17,342 nucleotides of DNA from Octopus sinensis (lineage: Eukaryota): NCBI RefSeq assembly GCF_006345805.1, contig NW_021824908.1:1-17342 (forward strand). Reading direction: 5' to 3'. Shown piece by piece: positions 1 through 10,894 of the stretch. The translations under genes and the position numbers were made by a program. Each line of letters starts with the position of its first letter. Position 1 is the first letter of the stretch. The notes below the pieces were generated by a model. The model searched no databases. It worked only from the letters and a program-made list of their open reading frames with translations, and was not told where the DNA came from.

Positions 1-448
1 ACTTACTGTCTGCCTACATCTATCTCTATCAATCACTCAATCAACCAATCCATGTATCTATCTATCTATCTATCTATCTATTTATATTTTTGTGTATATA
101 CACATGTATGCATAAATGTATATATGCACAGATGGGAGTGCCTTGCATATATGGTTTCGTCTGATAAAACTATGAAAAGTCAAATACAACTTCTGACAAT
201 GAAAGAACGACGATGTCATCAAATACAACACACACATCTCGCTCTCGTCCATCGCCGCCACCGACATCATCATCGTCAACATCATAAGCATCAGCAACAT
301 CAGTAGTAGAAGCAAGATTTGTATTTCATACTAATAAGCCCCGCCAGCCAATTGGAATGGATTTTTAAACTGCATTGTCCTCAATTTTGGTGTAATTTTA
401 ACATGTTAATTATTTTTTCAATATCCATTTTCTATACCAATCAGACCC

Positions 449-717
449 CTCCACACACAAACATATACACGTACGCACACACACAAACACACACACACAT
501 ACACAAACAACACACACACACACACGTATACACGCATGTACACACACACGTACATACACACAACCACATACACGTGCACACAGGCACTAGTAACACATAC
601 ACACACTCACGCACATGCACACACACACACAAAAATACGCACCTACACATACACACTCACACACACACACTCACACACAAGCACACACACACACATATAC
701 ACCTGAGCACGCACACA
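449..717. repeat. Degenerate (CA)n-rich microsatellite tract
   Basis: Interrupted CA/CACG/CATA repeats; source of the His/Thr and Val/Cys ORFs in the track. Confidence 0.95.
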
Positions 718-835
718 GCCGTCAACACATTCATAAACTGTGGAGTAGGAAAGCGATGTTAAAAATCTTAACACAAATACCGTAACAACCACCAGTTCGG
801 CTAAACGATTACACCAATATTGATAAAATAATAGC

Positions 836-867
836 GGTGGTGGTGGTGGTGGTGGTGGTAGTGGTGG

Positions 868-898
<31 letters not shown>

Positions 899-935
899 AA
901 TGATGATGATGAGAATGGTGATGATGATAATGATT

Positions 936-984
<49 letters not shown>

Positions 985-1339
985 GAATGATGATGATGAT
1001 GATAATGATTATGATTATGATGATGATGATGATGATGATGATGAGAATGATAAGAATGATTATGATGATGATGATAGTGATGGTGATGATGATGATGAGA
1101 ATGATGATGATGATGAGAATGATGATGATGATGATGATGATGGTGATGGTGATGATGATAATAATGATATTGGTGGTGATGGTAATGATGGAGATGATGA
1201 CAATGGCAATGATGATGACGATGATGATGGGGACGGCGATGATGATGATGATGATCATGATTATGTTGATGATGATGATGCCGAATTTGACGACAATAAT
1301 GTCTCTGATGACGATAGTCATGATAATGATAATGATAAT

Positions 1340-1407
<68 letters not shown>

Positions 1408-1424
1408 GAAGAAGAAGAAGAAGA

Positions 1425-1483
<59 letters not shown>
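836..1483. repeat. Compound trinucleotide microsatellite (GGT)-(GAT)-(AAT)-(AAG)-(AAT)
   Basis: Directly visible in-register blocks; produces the poly-Met and poly-Ile ORFs. Confidence 0.97.
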
Positions 1484-1533
1484 TGTTTCACTGCCTCCGG
1501 GTGTGACACTTAATGATGAGGAATAAGTAGGCC

Positions 1534-1598
1534 GTGCGTGTGTGTCTGTGTGTGCGTGGATGTACGTGTGTGCATATGTGTGCGTGTGTGTGTGTGTA
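1534..1598. repeat. Degenerate (GT)n microsatellite
   Basis: Interrupted GT repeats. Confidence 0.9.
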
Positions 1599-1738
1599 AC
1601 ATAAAGCAGTTCAGATTTGTGGATGTTCATTAGAGAGATTAACTATTCCGGCCATGGCCATGGTGGAGCACTGCCTTCCAGGAAAGAGCAAAATTTATTA
1701 GTGATACCAGAAATTGCAACACGAATAATAATGGTAAC

Positions 1739-2098
1739 AACAAGAGCACTCAGGGATTGCAAACCTCCGCCAAGGCAACACCAACGACCTCTCAGCGATT
1801 AGCCAGGGATGAATTTTATAATGAGAATATCTGAAATAATCTCGACTGCTCTCATAACGAGAATACTAAAAGTGCACCCGACGTCTCTCAAAAATTAAGT
1901 AAAATAAAGCAGGAAAATTATCCAGTATCCTTGTCCGGTACCGGATCGATCCCAAAATCTAACAAATTTGTGCCAGTCACGAGGTCAAACAACTCTGAAA
2001 GTTTCATTTGAATCCATCCAGTGGTTTTTGAGATATCCTGTCAACGGTCAAACAAACGCGACTGAAGACGATACCCCTGCCTTTGCTTAGGCGGGCGA
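1739..2098 (-). mobile_element. Non-autonomous Helentron-associated (HINE/DINE-1-like) element
   Basis: CCTCCGCC sub-terminal motif at 1764-1771; related hairpin CCTGCCT-ttgctt-AGGCGGG at 2076-2095; short (CAAA) repeat near that end; core AAAGTTTCATTTGAATCCATCCAGTGGTTTTTGAGATATCC resembles metazoan HINE cores. No coding capacity. Family assignment is by recalled resemblance. Confidence 0.65.
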
Positions 2099-3265
2099 GA
2101 ACTCATCTCAAAATGTCCTTCGTGTAGTTAGTGGATGTCCGAATCTTGCCTCAACAAAAAAATACAGGATACTCTGTGAAAAATTTGCCCGTCTAGTAGA
2201 GATATGCAGGAGGGTGGGGCTGTACGGAACAGAAAATAAGGACAAACCTTGCTTATCAAAGAGAATAATCAACTGAAACGCGCGTGGGATTTGTCAATAC
2301 ATTTACAGATCAGAAACTACAAATTAGTGGACCAGATATTACTCTCCTATGGCACTCCATAGGTCAAAGAACAGATCAGCATTTGTATAGCAGTACTGGC
2401 AGGTCAGATCATTGAGGAGCCCGAGAATGAGAAATCTCAAAAGTATGTAGAACCAAGATGTTAGATAGTGAGTGAGATATATGTTGTGATTAAATCAGTG
2501 CCATCTCCAGGAGCCTGAATTTCCAGTTCTCATTGGGAGAGAGGGTTGGTGGTCTTCCTCGAAAGAGCACTTGCGTTGAGGAAATGTTGGCATCTCTAAG
2601 CTGCTGGAAGGAGCTGGGACATCTCATAATTAAATCAGAAGAACTTCAAAACTACAGAGGATCCTGTTTGTAATAAGAGCAACAGTGTCTGGTTTAGGAG
2701 CAATGACAGTAATTTTGAGGGAAGGTGGTTAGTTGGCTTCTGATCTTAACTGATTGGAAGTGTTATCATGTACATTGTTTTGTCTTGGTATAAAAGATGG
2801 GCTACAGCAAATATTCTGCTCAATACCACAGATTTGCTTGTCAGTTGTTTGACCATAACCAGTTGAGCATGTCCCTTAGTGGCTGAAGATATGTGCATCT
2901 CTGATCAGGAGCAGAAGTAGTGGGGGAGCATCATAGCCATGTGTTGAGAGGGATTCTTTGGGGTTTGAATAATTCACCTCTGGAAACATGGGTAGTTCTT
3001 TCAACATCCTCAAACAACCCTTATTCAGGGACCTTTTGAGCGGGATGGGCTACTCAACCTGAAGAAAATGCTAACTGGGCCCCACCTGCAAGGTCATGTG
3101 CTGTTTATCTTGATATGAGATCACCATGTCGCGCACATATGGTTGTGATGCATGTGCCTGGTGTACCCTTATCAGACGGGTAGTCATGATGGGTATATTG
3201 GGCTTCGTATATTTTACCCCAGTGTCACTTTGATGGCATGAACTGCTCTCTCACTCAATAATAAT
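2099..3265 (+). mobile_element. 5'-truncated, degenerate non-LTR retrotransposon with restriction-like endonuclease (R4/Dong-like): ORF end, 3' UTR and (AAT)n tail
   Basis: Hand translation across frameshifts gives NVLRVVSGCPNLASTKKYR..., AWDLSI, TDQKLQISGPDITL, IAVLAGQIIEEPENEKSQKY, PVLIG and RATVSGLGAMTVILRE. These follow the CCHC-end / RH / PD..D / EK..KY / PVVIGALG / LQK..LLGT..ILR layout of RLE ORFs. Ends in AATAATAAT at 3257-3265. Confidence 0.8.
2113..2733 (+). pseudogene. Frameshifted C-terminal zinc-finger/PD-(D/E)xK endonuclease remnant of the RLE LINE
   Basis: Motifs as above, interrupted by several stops and frameshifts; the zinc-finger His reads as Arg (CGT). Confidence 0.75.
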
Positions 3266-3294
3266 AGGAGTAGGAGTAGGAGTAGTAGTAGTAT

Positions 3295-3333
<39 letters not shown>

Positions 3334-3378
3334 AAGAAGAAGAAGAAGAAGAAGAAGAAGAAGAAGAAGAAGAAGAAG

Positions 3379-3408
<30 letters not shown>
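3266..3408. repeat. Compound (GTAGGA)-(GTA)-(GAA) microsatellite, about 25 pure GAA units
   Basis: Directly visible; abuts the LINE tail. Confidence 0.97.
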
Positions 3409-3409
<1 letters not shown>

Positions 3410-3454
3410 TTTGTGGTAGGAGCTTAGTCGTTTACTTCGTTCCCATTGCTAAAG

Positions 3455-3570
3455 GGTACAAATTTCTTCGACCAAGAAAGATGAAATCAAGTTGCCCTCG
3501 ACGGAATTTGAACCTAAGTACCGACGAAATGCCGCTAGGCATTTTGCCCGTATTCTACCAGCACACCGCT
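3455..3570 (-). mobile_element. Old fragment of SINE family B
   Basis: Reverse complement contains GCTGGTAGAAT..GGGCAAAATGCCTAGCGGCATTTCGTC..GTTCAAATTCCGTCGAGG..TTTCATCTTTC..GGTCGA..GTACC, collinear with the copy at 8787. Confidence 0.75.
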
Positions 3571-3572
3571 CT

Positions 3573-3663
3573 GATAATGATGATGAGGAGGATGAAGATG
3601 ATAATGACGACGACGACGACGACGATGACAATGATAATGATGATGATGGCGATGATGATGATG
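3573..3663. repeat. (GAT)/(GAC) trinucleotide microsatellite
   Basis: Directly visible. Confidence 0.9.
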
Positions 3664-3737
3664 GTAAGAATATTTTTTATACATATATACAATATATTCT
3701 TTTATCGTCAGGAGGCGTACAGTTTTTGTCTCGTACT

Positions 3738-3811
3738 TGTGTGTATGTGTGTATATGTATATATATATATATGTATATATATATATACGCACATACACAC
3801 ACACACACACA

Positions 3812-3865
<54 letters not shown>
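3738..3865. repeat. Compound (GT)-(TA)-(CA) microsatellite
   Basis: Directly visible. Confidence 0.92.
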
Positions 3866-4130
3866 TACGTTTATATATTTGTTGTGCAAATGAAGACACA
3901 TACAATAGAAATACAAAATGGCTGACGGATAGTAAGGAGAGACACAAATAAGAAAGAAGAAAGCAAAGGACCACTGATGCGGTCACAGGAGTGTGACGAT
4001 AGAACTCTGACCGAAATAAGTTTAAGATTAATGTAAAAAATAAATAACACTGAAGCAAAGTAACACCAAATATATAGTGCGTGTGTTTTTATTGGCTAAA
4101 CTGGCAAAATGACCATTCCGAAATACAACA

Positions 4131-4142
4131 ATATATATATAT

Positions 4143-4207
<65 letters not shown>

Positions 4208-4260
4208 CATATTAATGTATATATTACACATAGCATACACAAACATACACACATGGACCC
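4131..4260. repeat. (TA)n microsatellite with degenerate CA/TA tail
   Basis: Directly visible. Confidence 0.9.
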
Positions 4261-4487
4261 TCATACATACGCATACACATACATAGAATTGAAAAGATAC
4301 CATTGGGAAAATAAGAGGTCACCTTGAAATGATAGCGTGGCAATCCCTTCACTTAACCTTAGATTATTCTGACTTAAGTTAAATACTTCTCATAGATTTT
4401 GCCTCCACCCCACAGCCGCACAGTTAATTTGTGCGAATTTAGCCAGTTTTGTTTCGCCACTTGCATCCAAATATTTTAAAATTTTAC

Positions 4488-4572
4488 CGGAGGGTAACAC
4501 CTTCCCCAGTACCTTCAATTAAACTTTTCAAGTCGTACTTAAAGGTTTTGACTTGTGATGTACAAGAAAATC
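4488..4572 (-). CDS. Candidate 85-nt internal coding exon of an unidentified host gene ((G)FSCTSQVKTFKYDLKSLIEGTGEGVTL(R))
   Basis: Long pyrimidine tract ending TTTTCTACAG, only one of three frames open, and possible donors (GAAG|GTACTG, GAAG|GTGTTA, CCG|GTAAAA). No homology recognised. Confidence 0.3.
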
Positions 4573-5035
4573 CTGTAGAAAAGGCATGATGGGAGAAGTT
4601 GAATTAATGGAGAGCAAACTAAGAGATTATATAGGAGAAACGGGAAGAAGAACAAAACGAGCGATAATGAATGAATGAATGAATAAATGAATAAATAAAT
4701 AGATAAATAAATGGATGAATGAGTGAAAGTAAAAAAGAAAGAAACGAGTTGAAAGAAGTATAAATGGGATGAAAAAGGTGCGGCAAAGCACCCTCACCAG
4801 TGAAAGAAAATGTGATTTATCATATACGAAGAAAATAATTTGAATGGTTTCGGAGCTGTACCATTGTGTCATGGAGGACAGCGGAACAGGAAATCAGCAA
4901 GCTGGTTTTGACGAAGGGGAAACGGGTTTCATAATGATGTATTAATATTACGATGTGATATTTTCTAAAATACGTACACGACAGAAATGTGCAGGAAGAT
5001 ATGAAGCGAGTGCACTCTATAGAACACGCTATTTG

Positions 5036-5154
5036 AGTACTACTACAGTGTATCGACCCCGAAGGATTGTAAGGCAACGCAGACCACAGTCGGGTTTGAA
5101 CTCAGACCATAAAAAAACCGATGCAAATTAAGTGAGGCATAATGTCTGATGCTA
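5036..5154 (-). mobile_element. Old fragment of SINE family B
   Basis: TCGACCCCGAAGGATTGTAAGGCAA...TTTGAACTCAG is the diverged reverse complement of the B-box and central domain of the 8787 copy. Confidence 0.7.
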
Positions 5155-5324
5155 TGAGATATTTGCTATGTTTTCTATGAAAGACTCAAAACCAGAAATC
5201 TGACGGTTTCCAAATATTTGTATTTTAATTTGTCTACAACGTAGATATAAAAGCCAAAGTTGAAATCGCTACGGTTTGGCCTGTGAAAATTAAGAAATGA
5301 TGAAAGCCTTTTTTCTCTGTCACC

Positions 5325-5720
5325 CTCTTTTACTTGTTTCAGTCATTTGACTGCGGCCATGCTGGAGCACCGCCTTTAGTCGAGCAAATCGACCCCGGGA
5401 CTTATTCTTTGTAAGCCTAATACTTATTCTATCGGTCTCTTTTGCCGAACCGCTAAGTGACGGGGACGTAAACACACCAGCATCGGTTGTCAAGCAATGC
5501 TAGGGGGAGAAACACACACACACACAAACACACATATATACATATATATACATATATACGACAGGCTTCTTTCAGTTTCCGTCTACCAAATCCACTCACA
5601 AGGCATTGGTCGGCCTGGGGCTATAGCAGAAGACACTTGCCCAATATGCCACGCAGTGGGACTGAACCCGGAACCATGTGGTTGGTTAGCAAGCTACTTA
5701 CCACACAGCCACTCCTTCGC
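5325..5720 (-). mobile_element. Full-length tRNA-head SINE, family A (CORE-SINE-like)
   Basis: Minus strand: A box TGGCTGTGTGG, B box GGTTCAGTCCC, TGGGCAAGTGTCTT CORE-like segment, internal TA/TG microsatellite, 3' end GACTGAAACAAGTAAAAGAG. Homologous to four other copies in the window. Confidence 0.92.
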
Positions 5721-5945
5721 TAGGGAGGCAAGTCTGGACATCTTTTGAACTTATTTGACATCATCGGCGAAGTATAGATTTCTTTGCATCTGCTGAAGTA
5801 GGGATGACGGAATCCCTTACAAAATGTAGAAAATTGTACATTACTAAGTGTAAAGAGATCATAATTGGGATACTGCAGCCTGGGTAGATTTCCGTCCGGG
5901 AAATAAATAAATAAATAAATAAATAAATAAAAAACGTCGCATCCT

Positions 5946-6003
<58 letters not shown>

Positions 6004-6110
6004 GTTGCTGCTGCTGCTGCTGCTGCTACTACTACTGCTACTGCTGCTGCTACTACTACTACTACTACTACCTCACTCCCATACCCCCACACCACCACCA
6101 CTACCACCAA

Positions 6111-6144
<34 letters not shown>
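5946..6144. repeat. Compound (TAC)-(TGC)-(CAC)-(TAC) microsatellite, preceded by (AAAT)n at 5901-5930
   Basis: Directly visible; explains the poly-Leu and poly-Val ORFs. Confidence 0.95.
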
Positions 6145-6146
<2 letters not shown>

Positions 6147-6224
6147 AGCGCAGCCAAGCTTATTGTCAGATTTACTTTAGAGAAGACTTAAAACCTGTAG
6201 ATATTTTCGCATCAACGACGTGTT

Positions 6225-6530
6225 TGTCGACCCATGTAATAATTATTCACTGTATAGCCTAGTACTTTATATATCAGTCACATTTGCCGAAGCACTAAGT
6301 TACGAGACGTAAACATACCAACACCGATTGACCAGCGCTGACGGGAGACAAACACAGACACAGATATATACATATACGACGGGATTCTTTCAGTTTTCCT
6401 CTAAGAAATCCACCCACAAGGTTGTAGTCCGTCCATAGTAGGAGACATTTTCCCAAAGCGCCACACAGTGGGACGGAGCCTGGAGCCACATGGTTAGGAA
6501 GCAAACTTCATACCACACAGCCACTCCCTG
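6225..6530 (-). mobile_element. Older, 3'-eroded SINE family A copy
   Basis: Collinear diverged match to 5325-5720, ending ...ACCACACAGCCACTCC at the tRNA head. Confidence 0.85.
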
Positions 6531-6707
6531 TACATCAGACCGAGTCTGAAAATCTGATCAGGCTGCAGACATGGTTTCCATATTGTGAACTGCATTATTC
6601 AATATCGGTTTCCACTTTATGTTTGGAGACAGCAGTCTGTGATTTGAGAGAATATTTGATTGTTAGTTTTAGTACGTTGAAGAAGAGATTTGAATACATA
6701 GATACAA

Positions 6708-7080
6708 GTGCAGGGGTGGCTGTGTGGTAAGACTCTTTCTTCCAAACCACATGGTTCATGGTTGAGTCCCATCACGCAGCACCTTGGGCAAGTGTCTTTT
6801 ACTGTAGCCTCGGGCCGAACAAAACCTTGCGAGTGGATTTGGTAGGGGGGAAACTAAAAGAAGCTCGTCTTATATATGTGTATGTGTGTCTTTGTGTCCG
6901 TGTTTGTTCCCCACTACCGCTTGACAACCCGTGCTGATGTGATTGCCTCCCAGTAAACTAGCGGTTCGGCAAAAGATAGTGATAGAATTAAGTACTGGTG
7001 TCGAATCATTAGATTAAAATTTAAGGCGGTGCTCTAGCAGGGCCGCAGTCTAATGACTGAAGCATGCAAAAAATAAAATA
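6708..7080 (+). mobile_element. Diverged full-length SINE family A copy
   Basis: GGTGGCTGTGTGGTAAG A box, GGTTGAGTCCC B box, CACCTTGGGCAAGTGTCTT, ...GCGGTTCGGCAAAAGA...AAGGCGGTGCTCTAGCAGGGCCGCAGTCTAATGACTGAA, then an A-rich tail. Confidence 0.88.
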
Positions 7081-8080
7081 TAAAAGACATACTACAAATC
7101 GCATGCAAGATATAGAAGAACGATTATGAAAGAATGAAAGAATGAAAGAATGAATGAGCAGATTCCAGAATGAAGGAATAACTAATGGTGGTAATTATTT
7201 TGGTCACACATTGCCATGACGAATGGTAGAAGTAGACAACAATCTGAAATGAAATTAAATGGCGCAATTGTTTTCCTGCTTTTCAGGCAAAAAAAACCAA
7301 AAAACAATTGAGTTAAGCCATATGAAAGTTGAATTTTACTTACGTTGAAATATAATTGTTTAAAATAATTAGTTACCTAATTAATATAATTTTGGCTTCC
7401 TGCGCATGTGTGTAACTATTTTCATGTTGCTTCTTTTAGCAAAACAGAAGTAATTTTATGATTTAATAAGTTGACGAGCAAATATCTGTTTTGTTGCCTT
7501 CTACACTTATCAATGGCCAGACACATAATTCACCAGTGAGCAGAGCAGCTAAGTGTAAATATGTGTAGCTAAATTTATTGATTTGAAATTTTGACGTTGT
7601 GCTACGAGTTGAAGGTGTCGTCTGTTAGCTTGCAATTCTGGAAACAGTTTACACGCGGCTGAAAATGTTATATGAAGAGGAAGAACTCAGACATATCTTT
7701 GAAACTCAACCAGTACTTATCAACTAAAGAATGTGTGTGTACGTGTATATTTCCGTTAGTTTACTGTAGTTGTAAAATTTGTCTTCAGATTCAGGTTTGA
7801 GTGTAACGCAGAGTTTATGTCTGAAACGAAAAAAAAAAAACACGAGAGACTTTCTATCAGATATTTAGTTGCACTAACTTACATACATTTCATTAGCATA
7901 AGGTGAATAATAATTACCTACTGCAAATTATAATTCAAGACTTGATGTCGAATTGTGAAAGAACTTAATATCATATCTATTGGTCTGTCTGTTTATCTAC
8001 TTATTCATCTGTCTATCTATCTTTCTATAAATTTATCTATCTATTTTTCTATCTATCTACCTGTCTGTTTGTCTGTCTTC

Positions 8081-8510
<430 letters not shown>

Positions 8511-8786
8511 TATCCTCTTTACCATTAATCATACTTCTGTTTTTTTACTACATATATAGAGTCTTCAACCTGCTTTGATATAAGCGGCTTTGTTACCCCT
8601 TACAACAAATATTCCTTATTTACTAATTTCCGCTACGTTCATTAACGGTTTTTTTTACTTAAAATGACCATCCTTTTGCTTTTGAAATTAACTGACCAAT
8701 AATCTCCTCTTAACTGACCTTCAGAATTGGGTCAATACAGTATGTTTTTACCAAGACTAAGAAATAAGCATACACATAATTATCAA

Positions 8787-9227
8787 AGCAGCGAGCTGGC
8801 AGAAACGTTAGCACGCCGGGCGAAATGCTTAGCAGTATTTCGTCTGCTGTTAAGTCCTGAGTTCAAATTCCGCCGAGGTCGACTTTGCCTTTCATCTTTT
8901 CGGGGTCGATTAAATAAGTACCGGTTACGCACTGGGGTCAATAAAATCGACTTAATCCGTTTGTCTGTACTTGTTTGTCCCCTCAGTGTTTAGCCTCTTG
9001 TGGGTAGTAAAGAAATAGGTATTTCGTCTGCCGTTACGTTCTGAGTTCAAATTCCGCCGAGGTAGACTTTGCCTTTCATCTTTTCGGGGTCGATTAAATA
9101 AGTACCAGTTACGCACTGGGGTCAATATAATCGACTTAATCCGTTTGTCTGTACTTGTTTGTCCCCTCTGTGTTTAGCCTCTTGTGGGTAGTAAAGAAGT
9201 AGGTATTTCGCCTGCCATTATGTTCTG
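8787..9227 (+). mobile_element. SINE family B: tRNA-like head followed by a 184-bp unit repeated about 2.1 times
   Basis: A-box-like TGGCAGAAACG; B-box-like GAGTTCAAATTCC at 8859 and 9043; units start at 8835, 9019 and 9203; units 1 and 2 differ at 8 of 184 positions by hand alignment. Confidence 0.88.
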
Positions 9228-9230
9228 CCG

Positions 9231-9252
9231 TTATTATTATGATTATTATTAC

Positions 9253-9293
<41 letters not shown>

Positions 9294-9490
9294 TATTATT
9301 ATTATTATTATTATCATCATCACTGCTTGGAATCGAATTCTGAATCTTGGGTCTAGTAGCCCGCTCTCTTAACCACTACGTAATATGCCCGTGGGCATAT
9401 GGCGTGTTAACAACAAACAAGATGAGGACAAATATCCGTCAAATGTAAGTAATGTAAATAATTTCTCATCTCTTAAATATAGAACTGTAT
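9231..9490. repeat. (TTA)n tract, reverse-oriented tRNA-like segment, fold-back junction and AT-rich tail (possibly a Penelope-like pLTR derivative)
   Basis: Minus strand of 9322-9392 reads CGTAGTGGTTAAGAG..GGGCTACTAGACCC..AATTCGATTCC (A-box, anticodon-arm and B-box like). Hairpin ACGTAATATGCCC-GT-GGGCATATGGCGT at 9378-9405. The Penelope link is by recollection only. Confidence 0.5.
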
Positions 9491-10171
9491 TTTACGTTTA
9501 TGTTTTGTAGAATTATATGATAAGTCTTGATTGCTCCTTTTATCACGTGCGCAAAATAGAAATATTTTGCATTCCAGTTTAATTAATTTATTTTTTCGGT
9601 TTTAAAATGCTCCTCATTTAATCTAATTACACTAATCGATGAGGAAATTATCGATAAACAACTTATGGGTAACTGTTTATCATATTAAGTTCCGTAACTC
9701 GCGGTATTTTTACTTTTTATTTTTTATTTTAAGACCTAACGAAAATTCTCCAACAGTATTATATATTCAACTGACCCCGGTAGTAGCCTTCCTCACTGCC
9801 CCGTAGATAGGCATGTACCACTAATTATTATAACTACTCTAATTGTATTAATAAATATTTCAGTCGGTCGAAAGGGATTCAGGGAGATTCAGCCTGTGAC
9901 ATCAATTGGTATATCCTTATTTTCTCAATTTCTCTCCCTTCTTTTCTTTTTCTTTATTTTCCCACTCTGATGAAGTTTCCCATATTTAAGTTGGTATAAT
10001 TATTCACAGTGATAATAATAATAATTATTATTGTAATAATTAAGACTGATTATGTCCAAAATTACGCAAGCAGAAACAGCTGTTAGATGAGCTAGTGTCT
10101 TTTTTTTGTAATCAAGAAATAATAATTGATGTTGATCAATTATCAATTTTATCTTCATTTTCTTATTTTTC

Positions 10172-10226
10172 CTTATATATACATATATATACATATATAA
10201 GATAGATAGATAGATATAGATATATG

Positions 10227-10262
<36 letters not shown>

Positions 10263-10275
10263 CATACATACATGC

Positions 10276-10306
<31 letters not shown>

Positions 10307-10440
10307 ATATACATACATACATACATACATATCATATATCTATATACATATACATATATATATATATTATATATATATATTATATATATATATGTACGCG
10401 CATACACCCCATCACCCAGACACACACACACACGCACACA
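10172..10440. repeat. Compound (TA)/(TAGA)/(TACA)/(CA) microsatellite
   Basis: Directly visible. Confidence 0.93.
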
Positions 10441-10542
10441 TGTTCCTGCTCTTTTATGCTATCAATATAATGGTTTTCCAGTGGTGAAAAGCGCAGCATT
10501 AATTTCTGTTCATGTTTCTTTCTCGTTGTGACCTAATATAAT

Positions 10543-10640
10543 ATGGCCGAGTCATCATGGTGTGAAATGCACAGTCTTACTGTAATGCTTCTGGCTCTGA
10601 ATTCAAATATCTCCGATGTCAACTTTGCCTTTCGAGGTCA
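10543..10640 (+). mobile_element. Highly eroded SINE family B fragment
   Basis: CTGAATTCAAATATCTCCGATGTCAACTTTGCCTTTCGAGGTC resembles CTGAGTTCAAATTCCGCCGAGGTCGACTTTGCCTTTC..GGGGTC. Confidence 0.55.
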
Positions 10641-10654
10641 AGTCTTTGACTGCC

Positions 10655-10822
10655 TGTTTTATTTGGTTTCTAGGACTCAGCTATCGTCTTCCTTGCGAAG
10701 CGAAATAGCCTTCCCTGGATCTAAAATGTTCGTGGTGCACTGCATAGCACGATGGTAGCCCGACTAGGCTAAACAAAGGCATGGTCTGTTACAAATTGTG
10801 TACACAAAAGATGGTTGTTATT

Positions 10823-10894
<72 letters not shown>

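Noticed and set aside
52-315. Short ORFs and a Ser/Pro/His-rich stretch at 130-300 that could be an exon
   Set aside because: No convincing pyrimidine tract or donor on either strand; no recognisable peptide.
809-1630. 273-aa and 229-aa ORFs of poly-Ile and poly-Met
   Set aside because: Translations of trinucleotide microsatellites that lack stops by construction.
3492-3893. Asp-rich ORF followed by a GGTAAG donor-like site at 3663
   Set aside because: Composed of an antisense SINE fragment plus a GAT/GAC microsatellite.
5660-5720. tRNA gene-like A/B boxes here and at 6708, 8787 and 9330
   Set aside because: They cannot be folded into full cloverleafs and continue into SINE bodies; they are SINE heads, not tRNA genes.
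7265-7310. Inverted repeat CAATTGTTTT...AAAACAATTG enclosing CCTG-CTTTT-CAGG
   Set aside because: Short, low-complexity, with no TSD or second copy; compatible with chance.
7401-7413. TGCGCATGTGTGT identical to 14496-14508 at the retroelement 5' end
   Set aside because: Half of the match is GT repeat and flanks are unrelated.
8835-9227. Direct repeats that might suggest a CRISPR-like array
   Set aside because: Contiguous 184-bp SINE-derived units without spacers, in eukaryotic DNA.
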